In this document: piece by piece, positions 10,636-22,801 of the stretch
Layout: every line of letters starts with the position of its first letter
Position numbering within the stretch: the first letter of the stretch is position 1
Assembly (NCBI GenBank): GCA_047495785.1
Contig: JBLDXI010000015.1
Coordinates: forward strand, 4,960,001 to 5,024,000
Length of the DNA: 64,000 nucleotides
Direction: 5' to 3'
From: Lepidodermella squamata
Taxonomy: Eukaryota > Animalia > Gastrotricha
Program-made: the position numbers and the translations under genes
The notes under the pieces: generated by a model
Database searches by the model: none
Seen by the model: only the letters and a program-made list of their open reading frames with translations
Told to the model about the DNA's origin: nothing

Positions 10636-13306
10636 TTAGTTTTTGTCGACAATGCTGACAAGTTCGGCCAGAAGTTCCTTTTGGTCAGCGACCGGCGCGG
10701 GGCTCGACCCAGCGCGAAGTTGCTTCTGAGATGCAGTCAAGGCTTTATTGAAAATTTTAGCGGAATCAGGTTCCAGATTTTTGTTTGTCACAAGAAAGTT
10801 GACCAAGGTCGGCACAAGACGCCCAGGACAGTTCATCAAATCGCCGGTAAGTCTTTCAAAAGTTAGCGAGGCCGCGAGTAGCAACACATTCGGCAATAAC
10901 AACGGGTCACTGGCGGCGGAATCGTCCGAAATCAAGGCTTTCAGTTTTATAACTCCAGCGGCGAGACGTTCCTGTCGAATTTGGTCGACTGTAATGCCAA
11001 CCGAGGTGGCGCTAGCTCCACCCGATTTTGAACCACCCTTATTGCGGTTGGCTGAAGAGGGCTGGCCAGTGGTTAGCACCCCGCTAAGAGCGTTGGCTGA
11101 AATGCCGAGGGTGTTGAGGGCGTTTCTCGCGAAAGGTAGGCCGAAAAGAGAACGCAAAGCTTCGATAGCCGCGTCGACGTCGCTGTTCGCGAAGGCAGTT
11201 TCGAACGCGCCAATGGACTCAGCCAGCAATTCAGCCGAGTGTCCACCCGAACCAGGCTCTTTGCCGCCAAACGGCAGCGATCGCAACATTTCGACGATGG
11301 GGGTGCTCAAAGTCTCGCGAAGATGAGCAGCAACAGCACGGCGATCTCGATCGACTGTGTTGCCCGTGCCTGTTAGAAGTTGTTGGGTCACGCCTCGCCA
11401 GCACGACGCCAGGGTGACGACAAGTTTCGGCAACTCGACTTGGATGTTGGCCGTGCTTGGCGAGCCGAGCTGTTGCTGCTGCGAAATCTTGGCACTGGCC
11501 GCCGTAGCCGCCGCGTTGCTCTTCGGCGTCATCGAAGCAAGCTCGGCAACGCGCTTAGCGACAACCGAGTGAATCTGCTGAAAGACGAATGGCCGAATGG
11601 CACCTTCCGGGAAATCAGGGGCGAGAATCGTCGCGCGGTTTTTCTTCAACAGCTTGGTCAAGCGTCGACGCGAGATCCGGTATAACTTTGGAATTTGAGG
11701 GTTTGCACTTACGGCAGGTGTTGCGCCTTTTTTCTTTGATTCCGCAGGCTGAGCGCGGCCTAGAAGAATAGGAAAAAGTTAATCAAATCGCATGGTCGTT
11801 ACAATTAAATCGCTTACCTTGTTGTTTTTTGCCCCCGCGGGTGCCCGCTGGAGTACTGCCCTCCGGGGCTGGGGTATGAGGTTCTTCACCACCCGTTTCA
11901 GCGGCAGGTTGAGGTGTCAGAATAGCAGGGATAGCTGGGGTTGCAGTCAAAGCTTGTTGTTTCTTCTCGTTGATGCGAGTCACGACCAAATGGTACAACG
12001 CATCGGCGCATTTGTCGACGAGCCATGGGGCAACAGCCACTAAGCCGCACTCCTCATCGTTCTCGTTCTTCGCGTCGTGCTCGCCACCGGAGCTATCGTT
12101 TTCGTCGTCACTACTCGAATCATCGGCAAGCGATTTGCCTTTAGCACCGTGCTTTTCAACCACACTGCAGTCGATGATCTCCATCAGTTTGCCACGAGTT
12201 TTCAACAGCTGCTCGACAATGTCCATTGGTATGGAGCCGGTCGAGCCACCCAACGCAGCGATAGCACCGCTAGTATCAAACCAGCCTGCGCCTTCTTTCA
12301 GTTCTTTCTCAGTCGATGGCTTGCAGGCTTCCTCTAGGGCTGTGTTAAGACGGCTAATAGCGCTTTTCCGGATGAAACCTGAGGAGCCAACTTGAACTGG
12401 TTCGTCATTGCCCCATTCGCGCTTCACGACGTCGCCGACATCACCGACTACGCCGAGACGCTTGAGAACCGCGGCGTCGACGTAAACAGCCGATAAAGCA
12501 GAACGAGTGCACTCTTTCTGGGCCTCAGTGAAAATGTTCGGCACAAACATACGTTGCTGCAGTGAGCCAGCGAGTCGACCTGAAGATATCGCTTCATCCA
12601 TCACACTTGTCAGTAGCTTCTCGGGCAGGCCGATCTGCTGAGCATAGGCGCTGACCTTCAGCGGACGAACAGCTCCAGATAGGAACCCAACAAGTCGGCA
12701 TGTTGCTCTTCGGATGAAATTCGACGAGTAGCAAATGTCTCCGTCAATAATAGATTTGGAGCCCGCGCCAGACGGCAAAAGTTTGCGCACAAACTCGGCC
12801 GGAAGTTGAAAACGAGTCGCGAGACTACCAACAGCAACGCGTCCTGATGTTTCAAGCTCGTTTGCTATTTCAGCGCTGAGGCGGTCGCAATAATCGTTCG
12901 TGACAATTTGATCCAGGACTCGCCAACAGCGCCATTGCGATGATTCATCAGCTCGGCCTGATAGTAGTTCAGCGTCTTTAGCGGAAGTACCACAGCGCTT
13001 GATAAGTTCAGTGCACCTCTCTTCAATGACAGCGTAGTCAACGCCAAGACCATCTTGCATGTCGCTGAAAGACGCGCGACCCTCATGCATATCCAGGAAC
13101 ATTTTTATTTCGTGAAGAAGATGATCAGGCGTCACCATTTCCTTTCCATCCTTCGTGTACACTACAGACATACTGTGAGTCTTAAGCACATGGTCGACGA
13201 TCTCGATCCAGTTTCGCTCTGACAGACGCAGAGAACAACTTTGCTGCTGCACATTGAAAAATTCTTGAGCGAGCTGCTGGACAAGATCCCAGCTGGCCGA
13301 GGACAT
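10636..13306 (-). CDS. UFL1: E3 UFM1-protein ligase 1; exons 13306-11818 and 11759-10636
   Basis: The N-terminus WDLVQQLAQEF...RLSERNWIEIV...VVYTKDGKEMVTP matches UFL1 (WEEIRRLAADF...RLSERNCIEIV...TLDGKEYITP). A 58-nt GTAAGC...TCTAG intron joins the two long ORFs in frame. Confidence 0.9.
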
Positions 13307-14247
13307 GGCTTATGAGCTTTATTTATAAATATCTAAAATTATAAATCAAAATCAAAGCTACTGAATACGAAATAATCTTTAGAAGTTACTGTCCCATCAG
13401 GCCGAAGCGACAGCAGCCCGATTAGACGAAATCGACGCGAACGAGGCCGGAACATCTCTATTCTTGTTCCGATTCGGAGGAAGTCGAGCGGATTGTAGGA
13501 CGAGGCTCAACTCTCAACTCGAACAGTCGAACTCTTTCGGCGAATCGATTTTCGAATTCTAAGATAGGGGATTTGATCCTTTTAAAAGCATATTTACTGT
13601 CAACCATAATGGTGACTGTATTGTGAGACATTTTTGTAAGACTTAGTATCATATCCTCTCAACTCATGTAATTTCAATAACGTTTAAGAAATATGTTAGA
13701 GTCTGGGGCTTTAACAATAAAACGCATTCATTCATTCATTCGAATAGTTTGGCGCGTGAAACAAGACCGCTATCGGTTCCTTGCGTATAGCCTGGCCGGA
13801 GATAAGTCACTCTCGAGTCATTCGGTTCCGTTTACAGCACCGTGGCGAACCTACTTGAGGCGCTCGAGGATCAACGTCATGGACTCGGAGCTGATAGCTG
13901 ATATCCATCCGTAGATAGACACCTACAACTATAACTACTTTGGCTCCTTATGCTACCCCAGCTTTTCAAAGTCACCTCCGCCACTCCCGCCAACTATATA
14001 GGCCTTCTGGTATTAATTTGATGAAGACAGCTGAACATCACGAGGAACAGCGTAATGCAACGTAAGTTTGCCCACTCAAACAGGAACCAGGAACAAAGTC
14101 AAACCAAACCAAAAAACCTAAAAAACTTTTTCGAAAACACCCAACAGTCATCCAACAAAGTGTACCTATTTGGTATTCAAATTTCTTAAATATTAATCAG
14201 TGATCTGAATAAGCTAAAATTAGAAAATTGATCAGCAACATTTTTTT

Positions 14248-14260
14248 ATTACTTAGCAAC
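14248..14260 (+). promoter_or_regulatory. Candidate RFX X-box upstream of RSPH3
   Basis: ATTACTTAGCAAC resembles the X-box consensus (GTYRCY-N-RGYAAC). It lies ~140 bp before the ATG of a ciliary gene, and a second partial site (CCTAGCAGC) follows it. Confidence 0.4.
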
Positions 14261-14401
14261 GCGTCCTAGCAGCACGTCCTGTGTGGAAGATGAAATACGC
14301 AGCCTACCAGGCAGTGCCTTCAGCTACCACTATCTTCAGCCATTTGATTCCTAGAATCGCGCCTTGCTTGTCTATTTGATTTATCTAAAAACTTTGGCAA
14401 G

Positions 14402-15728
14402 ATGGCCGATATTATGCCAGCACATGCCGAAAATGCATATGCATTCACAAGCCAGCCGAAAGTTATCAAGAACGGCAAAAAGTATCGCGAACAGAAGCCA
14501 TCCCAAGAAGCGTGAGTTGGGGACTTAACGCACTCTTAAACATTATATAATTTCGTAATTTATTTTGGCAGGGAAAATGATAAATTCCTTTATTCAAATA
14601 TCATGTGGGATCGCCGCGTGGTCCGAGGCAATACATTCGCATTGAAAGTTCTGCCTGCGGTAAGTTATCTAGAGACTTTGGCATAGGACAGTTCATTTTA
14701 TGATCCGTAATAGACTGCCCCACCAGAGCCACTCGAGGTGCAGCGACAGCAGGAAGCTAGGCGCCGCGCGGCTGCTCGCAGGCGTGCTCAGGAGCAAATG
14801 AGACCACGCACTCCGGAAGCCGTTGATGGACGTCAACATGGTGCCGTGCAAACAGAGCTATATCTTGAAGAGCTTAGCGATCGAGTAGAGGAAGCCGATG
14901 CAGGAATTCAGACTGATGCATTTTTGGATCGTCCTCCAACCCCATTGTTCATACCTGCTAAGTCTGGAGCCGATGTGTTTACCCAAATCGAAGAGGGTGA
15001 CTTATTTGACTTCAACATTGAAGTAAGACGACATCAGCCGTTTTATATGTGCAGGTTAATATTATGTTTTTCACTTCTTAGGTAAAACCTGTACTTGAAG
15101 TGCTCGTCGGCAAAACTCTTGAGCAAGCTCTACTTGAGGTCGCTGAGGAAGAAGAGCTTGCTGCTCTCCGACGCCAACAGCGCCAGTTCGAAGAATTGCG
15201 CGCCGCTGAAGTTGCTGAGCAGCAACGATTGGAAGAACAGGAGCGGAGGAGACGCGAAGAGAAAGAGCGCCGCCTGAAGCAACTGCGAGAAGTCCGTGAG
15301 CTAGAGAAGCAGACAGCTGATAAATTGGCGGCTAAAGCATTCGCCCTTGCCTATCTCACCGACTTGGTTCCCGCCGTCTATGGTACGCTCGCTGATGCTG
15401 GATACTTTTACGATCCTGTTGAGAGGGAACTTGAACGTACCTTCCTCCCATGGCTTGGCAATGCTGTCGCCCAACGCCTTGCTGATAGCCAACGAGGTCG
15501 TCTGGTTTTGGATGGCCTTTTGCGGTAACTACTCTAGATTTGAAGATAATTTGTTCTTAATTCGCGTTTCTTTTCAGTGAAGTGGTTGAAATGCGCGCCA
15601 GAGAGTATGGTCTCGCTCCCGAAGAGCCGATTGCCCCTACCGCCGAGCAGGAAGTAGAGCAGGCGCCAGTGGACGAGGGAGTTAAACAGGAAGAAGTACC
15701 ACCCCAACCCACGGAAGAGGCGCAGTAA
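14402..15728 (+). CDS. RSPH3: Radial spoke head protein 3; exons 14402-14511, 14572-14659, 14714-15022, 15082-15524, 15578-15728
   Basis: NIMWDRRVVRGNTFA, TPEAVDGRQHGAVQTELYLEEL, QTDAFLDRPPTPLFIPAKSGADVFTQIEEGDLFDF, EVKPVLEVLVGKTLEQALLEV and GYFYDPVERELE are RSP3 hallmarks. All four introns are GT-AG and in frame. Confidence 0.95.
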
Positions 15729-16162
15729 ATAATAACTAATATTCAATGCTAATGATTAATAATTTCCCATAATGTTTGTATGTAAAATCTTATTTGCTGG
15801 GTTTAATTGACTGTCGTTAAAATCCACGGAATAAACACACAGGAATAGAAGTTTCGCTTGGTAATCAATCGCACTGTTTATTTCAGTCTTTGCCTCGATC
15901 GAAAGGCAGATAAACAAGGCGCAAACTCGTAATATTTATTATTTCTTGCTCAAAAAATTGATAAATATAAATCATCAAAAGGAGTTATATTACATTATAT
16001 ACACCGTTAGGCAAGGTTGACACTGCATTTCAAATATTTCAAATTAAAAAAAATAGCGAACAAAAAATACATGTCAAATAACATAAAGATGTAGGTAACT
16101 AAATGTTTAGAGAGTTCGATGTCAGAACCACTCGTTAGCAATATAAAATTTGGACAGTATGA

Positions 16163-19100
16163 TCAGCAAGCAGTGTATCGAATACCACCGACCCGTTGGT
16201 CCTGATTGGAGCCTTGGTGATTTAAAGCGTTGCGGTATTGAGGGTTCTGAGAAGAGTTGAGGATGGGTTGAATTTGGTAGTGAACAGCACGAGCAGGTGT
16301 ACTGGAACCATGGGATGGTGTCCCCGCGAGACTTGTTGCATGGGCCGGGGTTAGCAGAGCGGAGTTGCGGTTGCTTGAAAACGGGCTACCAGGCCGTGGA
16401 GGCTGGGCAGACACAGGCCTTGCTATCGACCTCAACGGGGTGGCATATTGTTGTTGCTGCTGGTTGGCCAATAATGCTGCTTTGGCAGGGGAGTCATACA
16501 TAGATGACCTAGTGTCCGTAACTTTAGGCTTGGGCTGGCGCTTGAGCGAGTTCGTCATTGACGAAGCGCCAGGTTTCAACTCCAGCCGATATCGAACTTC
16601 GAGATATCTCGTTTCACCGGCTCGAAGAACCAAATCCCACTCCAATTGATGCGAAGAATTCAGACGTGCCGTAAAATCGCTCTCACTCTTCGGCTTCAGC
16701 TTAGCTTTTCTCGACGACCGTACTTTCTTTCCGTCTTCAATCTGCTTGTCAATCTCTTGTAGGGCAGGCGCTTCCAGGACAAGGCGCAGGTGATTGTCAG
16801 CGGGCTTCGGGAGAGGTTCAACGATGTGCACGCGTACAACTGCTCGCTCGTGTTTATTCGTGACCCCTATTAACTGTCTGTAATAAGACCAACGCGCTGA
16901 AGCGCCATTCTTCTTTCCATCCACTTCCTCAAGCCCTTTTCTTGAGAGATTATTAGCTGATAGAGATAAGTCATGCGATCGGCTGCGAGAAGACCACTTC
17001 CAGCCGCCATTGGTTTCAGCTTGCTTCCTATTCGGGGCAGGTGATGCAATACTTTCCAAGTTTTCACTCATTTTCGTCGAAGTTAGTCCACCCCCAAGTA
17101 ATGACCGACGCTGAGGGGCTTGGTAGTCGATCGCCACCTCTGGATCTGGGCCCAACGCTACTAAGAAATCATCTCCAACGGAGACATAAGGAAGTTGGGT
17201 TCTGTAGGCGAACAACGCTGATCCACTAGCTCTGTCGTGAAAAACTGCAACGCTGCCAGCCAGCAGTGGCAGAGGCGACGTGTTTCGCAAATGGGCTCTT
17301 GCGAAAGCGGATGAAGCGAGACGTGGTGTAGCTTCGTAAGTCAGGTTGATAACTTCAAGATCATGGCATCCGACAACAAATTTAACTGGCGTGAGTGCCT
17401 GCTGACGGGCAGTTGCAATTTTGACGACAGTGACTCTGTTGTCGAATTGGTTTTTGTTAACCGGAATCTGGACAGTATTGCCGGATGAGAGCACATACTG
17501 AACGGTTTTATGCGCCTGCGGTGGGACAGCGGAGCAAGCCGACAGTACATCGGCTTCGAAGAAGATCCCACTCGGCACAGCAGCGTCGCCCTGTTCGAAG
17601 TCTTGCTCGACGTTGTTCGGCAGGGCGTAGTTCAGCTCGTTGTCATAGTCGGCCGTAGTCGGCACGAGGGTGTTTGTTGAGTGGCCGGGCGTTACGAAAG
17701 TCGCAAATGATGATGCGTGCTGGATAGGCGGGCCGCGCCGATTGCCGAGGGAATCAGGTGCATTCGAATCATTGTACATTACATACATTTGTTGCTGTTG
17801 TTGCTGTAGCAAGTTGAGCGAATTGGTGGAGTATGGCCGGAGATGGTTGGCGAGAGGACTGAGAGGCCTCGGATCCTCCGCGCCGTTAGCGTTGTTGAGG
17901 TGCCGGTATTCTCCAGGTGCGGAGAATAAGTTCGGAGTCGATAGGCCAAGCTGCGAACGATTGCTGGCCATCGATGACACCGAGTTGCGATTCCCGCGAG
18001 CGCGAAGGCTTTTAGTAGCGGCTGATGAGCCTAAAGAAGCGTTTCCTCGCACGAAAATCCTGTCAGGGGTTGGTGCTGCTGGGGCAGCGGGCGAGCCAGT
18101 TGCATGGCTAGTTGTAACATAGAGCCGGGTACATGTGCTATCATCATCGCCTTCTTTTTCGAAAAGCCTATATGCAAAAGTTGAGATTAATTTAGTTTCA
18201 ATCAGGTATAGGAAATCGCTTACCAGTCTTCCCCAGTTGACTGTGTAATAGCAACTGAGTATACCAAGGTGACGGCATGTTCATCAGGTCGAAGGCGTAA
18301 CTCGTACGAGGGACTCCAAAATGCACCGTAAACTAGTAAAAAATGTATTAATAATTATTCCGGTCGAAAAATCGTGATTCATACCTGTATAGCTAATAGA
18401 AAATGTGACTGTTGCAAACTGAGATAAAATGGAAGTAGGCGTTAGGCGCCCTTGAACTGACGTGCCGTCATCACCAGTTAGCGAAGGCGGGCTTGTGATG
18501 ACGAAATGAGAGAGCGTAAGCGCAAGAAGATGAGGCGAAGGTGCCCGCAAGTCGGCATCATTGCAAAGCGAGCTCAAGTGATTCAGCTGATCTTCCAGGC
18601 GTTCCAACTCAACATTAGTATCAGCGAGACTATCGTCAACTTTATGAGTTCTATCATCGTAAAGCTGCAGGAATCCCTGCAGCGCGTCGATAAAATGCGG
18701 CGTTGGAACAAAAGAATTTCCATGGCTTTCCTGGCCACTGTTGTTGGCTTGTTGCTGTTGCTGCTGCTGGGCGTTGTCCAGGAACTGCTGGGGGTTCGCG
18801 TAGAATGACGCTGCGTTCATGTAGTCTGGGTTCATGGGGTTCGAACCGCGGCTCATCGAATCAGCGACGCGGTCGAGAATCGTTCGTTGAGCTAGCAAAC
18901 GGTGTTTCCGAGCTAGCGCTGATTCGTAGCGCCTCCGAACATGGTTGTACTGATCGCGAAGGCTCTGCTGCTCTAACATCGTAGTAAGCGACGGTTCGAG
19001 CTTTGAAGGGTCAGAACCTGGGACAACTTGCTTAGCATTCGGGTAGATAAGCTGGACATCGTCCAGTGAAATTGGCGCGGTGCCTTTGTAATCGAGGAGC

Positions 19101-19438
19101 TCTACTCGCAACGAATCTGCTGCAAGGCATGCTCCTGGCAGTCCTCTGACGATGACATTATGGCGCCGGGTGGCAACCCCGGCAGTCGATCGGCGTGGCG
19201 AAGAGCTGCGCGCTGTTGTTGTAGAAGCATTTGTAACGTTGCTTACACTGGGCTGCTGCTTCATCGGTAGCAAAAGAGGCGAGGTTGGACGAGGCAAACT
19301 GTTTGTCCCGCTTATCGCTGGGCCGAGGTTCAAACGAACCGATGCGCGCCTCCTCACTTCGGCGAAGCCATTGAAGTAAACGACAACTTTTTCCAACGGG
19401 CATTGATCAAAGCTGATAATTTCCTCGGCTTCGTCCAT
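16163..19438 (-). CDS. DUF4140 (N-terminal) + coiled coil + DUF4139 protein (C. elegans F37C4.5-like); exons 19438-18385, 18332-18224, 18167-16163
   Basis: N-terminal LEKVVVYFNGFAEVRR...VRGLP...DSLRV. The spliced middle exon gives SYT|VYGAFWSPSYELR...AITQSTGEDW. C-terminal AFARAHLRNTSPLPLLAGSVAVF...GDDFLVALGPDPEV and LEWDLVLRAGETRYLEVRYRLE. These fit the DUF4140/DUF4139 pattern. Confidence 0.8.
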
Positions 19439-22400
19439 AATAAACACCAACAACAAAAATCCCTACAAAAAAAGAAAGAGAAACACAATCTAACACACAG
19501 GCTTGGTTATTACAGTTCGTCGACCCGACTGCGCGGCCCATCGGTAATAAAAAAGCGATTTTGGGCGGAGATGAAACAAATCTACGGGCGCCCCGACGAT
19601 GAACATTAGGTGCCGTTCAGTGAACTGGGCGAATACCAAGTGGCAGGGCGCGTGCCGGCTTTTCACTTCATATTGATGAGTGAAGTAGCTGCGCATCCTT
19701 CATCATATGGCCCATTGAGCGCACTCAAAGGCCTTGCTGTCATTAGACCGGTAATTAGAGTATTAAATAATACAAAATATTAGGAAAATGCACAAGCATG
19801 GTGCGCACTTGCATTTTTTAGATTTTCAAGGTGAGATATTATTGGCGAAACCCATATTACGCGCGTGCCAGCGTGCGATAATGATGCCCATAAACTTGAC
19901 ATACGGCTGTTGGCTCTTCAGCTAGATGGCGCGTGCGACAAGACGCGGATAAAAACAAAAACTTGCAGGAAATTTACCGCTCCGCTAGTCAGTGTTTATG
20001 ACCCGGCTATTGTAAGCGAGCAGCAGTAGTAAATTTTTTGTTTTTATTTACTAGCGCTGTGGAGCACGTGAAACAGCAGCGTTTGCGGGCCTGCACACGC
20101 ACCTCTAGTCACGTCATAACCATCTAGCCTGGGGTATCGGGTTATATAACCGCTACCTGGGAATTACATTACGGGATGATGGCTTTGTCGACGAATACGC
20201 TATTTACCTAGATGACTGGCGGCGGGGTTTATAACACACAACAAACCGGCATGTGAGTAAAAAATGCATACCATAAATTTTGTGTCAATTAGCGCAGCAC
20301 ACGCGAGGCGTAATAAGGACCCACACGTAGCTTGACTTTGACAAGCGCGATCTTTTCTCTCATCAGCTAATAATTATTGGCGACACTTTAATAATAATAT
20401 ATGACACACGTTTGGCGAGCGCGATATCATCGCATAGGCGCGAGGAGGTTGTAAACTAAGGCCTCGAATTGGGCGGGTGCAACATACATCATGATTGCTG
20501 CTGTGTATATGACTAGAGATGAATGATGAAAAAAGCAGCATCACAGTAAGCAAAGGCGTTAGCTCGGCCGCGCGACAAGTGACAAAGATTCGTCACGTAG
20601 GGCATCGTATGCACTTGTGGTCGAGACCAAAGGTAGGTATAGGGATAACCACTATATGTAATAGTTGTAGAATATTAGGGTTGAATAAACAAAGCCACTA
20701 CCTTTAAATTAAACAACCGAGCCACCGCTCAAGATGATGTGGTTATATACCCGTGTATGATGAGAAACACGAGCTTCTTGCAAAAAAGTTCACAAAAATT
20801 AAATAAACCGACCACATAATACATCGTCAGCTTATAGTTTTTCCTAATCTATTGTTCAGGGATTACTATTTCAACGCGGGTTAAGAGAAGCCGATTAAAC
20901 CTCAAGAACATTGTTCTTTTTTAAATCGTAGAAAAGGGTTCAAGGGGAAACCTGATCGTGGCTTCCTCGGTGCGTCCCAAAATTCGTTCAGGCGGGTATA
21001 CTTATTGTTCGGAATACGCAGTATTATCGTAACTTCAATAAGAAACAGAAACACAATCCATGTTGTATTGGCCTATAAACGTGTTGAAGACAAGCCTTCA
21101 TAACATCCCCATCAGTATATGTGTTCAGTTCGTTCTGTTTGAGTAGCTTACCTTCATGTTTTATCTTTACGCCTTAAAAAACTACGTTTGACATGGCGGA
21201 AGCAGCTGTTATGAGGTAAAATAAACGTAATACCGGCATGTTTAGTCTTGAAATTATCATGTAGTGTTCCGAAGCTCCTCCGTACAGTAGCTTTGTTCAT
21301 CAAACACGACTCGGATGAGGTAAAAAATAACGATCTACAACGTACGATAACAGGGAAAAAACACGCAAAAAGCGGCAGCCTAGCATTTGCACCGTGTTTT
21401 TTGTGGCTCCGCGGAGTTAGCTCCGTAGGTTCGTGAGATGAATGTAGTCGGGAGTACCTACACACAAGCGGACGTGTAATGATAATCTTATTACCGAGGG
21501 TTCTCAATCGGGCCAAGTAATAAGTTGCGGGCGGTGTTATTAAAAATCATTAATAGGGCCAAGGATGATGATAACGATGATGAAGATGACCGGGATTCCT
21601 ATATCCAAACATTGTGAACGAGAATAATTATGACCCGCATGCAGCTGTAAAAATACCAGTGATTTATTTTTAGGCGTGCGCACTCGTTTCCTGGTTGTTA
21701 TTTACGCCGCGCCCAATCGCGCAGCCGAAATGTTGTTTTCGCGCGATACTAACTATATTAAGCTCATCATCGTCATCGAATAACGCGAGAGGCTGGCCAT
21801 TATGGTGGATGCCGGCCAGAATAAATGGCCGCCATTATTGTTATTGTTGCCTTCACGATATGTGATGATTGTGATGGAAACCGGGTGGGTAAACTCGCAC
21901 CAACACACATAGATCGAATTTTGCAAACGAGAAAAACAAAGTTATCGCTGTTAATTATTTTATTTATTGAATATAATAATTATGAGATGTTATAATGATC
22001 AACTTTTATTACTATTATTACACTGAAAAGGTACTTGCAGCATGTAACAACAACAACTGCTTTTAGAGAGCCAATGCTCTGAACGTAGCAACCGCCATCT
22101 GTCTGGTCTAACAAAAATCGAACGCAAAGATTGAATCGGTCTGTACAAAATGAGCGCGTTTGGTGAAGCTGTACAGTCGGCGATTTTAAATAATAAGTGG
22201 ACAACAACAATAACAACGAGATTATAATAAGATTTTGCATTTTTCAACAAATAAGACCGGTTTGTTTCTGGGCCGTTTTCAAATACACAACGTGCAGCAG
22301 CAACTTTTCACGAGACACAACAAAGTTTCAGGTCACAGACAAGCATATAAGCGCACTGATCGGCGAATCGCCTCGTCTCGTCGACGTCAAGTCAGGACAC

Positions 22401-22801
22401 AACTTACGATAAAAAAAACAGCCCAAGATGGCGTAGATGTGCACTGTGAGAGAGCATTTCTCATTAAATTAAGGTGGAGATTTTTGGTTGGACAATAACA
22501 CACGAGATTGATGAGGACACACGCTTCTACATGGTGAATTATTTTGTCATTTTTTCATCAGCAGTTGTTGTAACTTAATATTTTACAATAAGCGCCGTGA
22601 GTCTGCCAGACTCGCTCATTATCATCGTCATCATCGCGAATAAAAAATCGTAATTTCAATTTTAGCAATGATAAAAATTTAAACTTAAAGACTTGACACA
22701 AATTAAAAGAAATTTACAAAGATAGTATTATATCAATCCGGCTGTTGACTCTTTTTGAAAACATAGGAATCTGTCACATTAAAAAAAAGAAACAATCTGC
22801 G

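Noticed and set aside
19500-22790. Short ORFs between the DUF4139 gene and the giant receptor stop
   Set aside because: No recognisable protein features; better explained as 3' UTR and upstream regulatory sequence.
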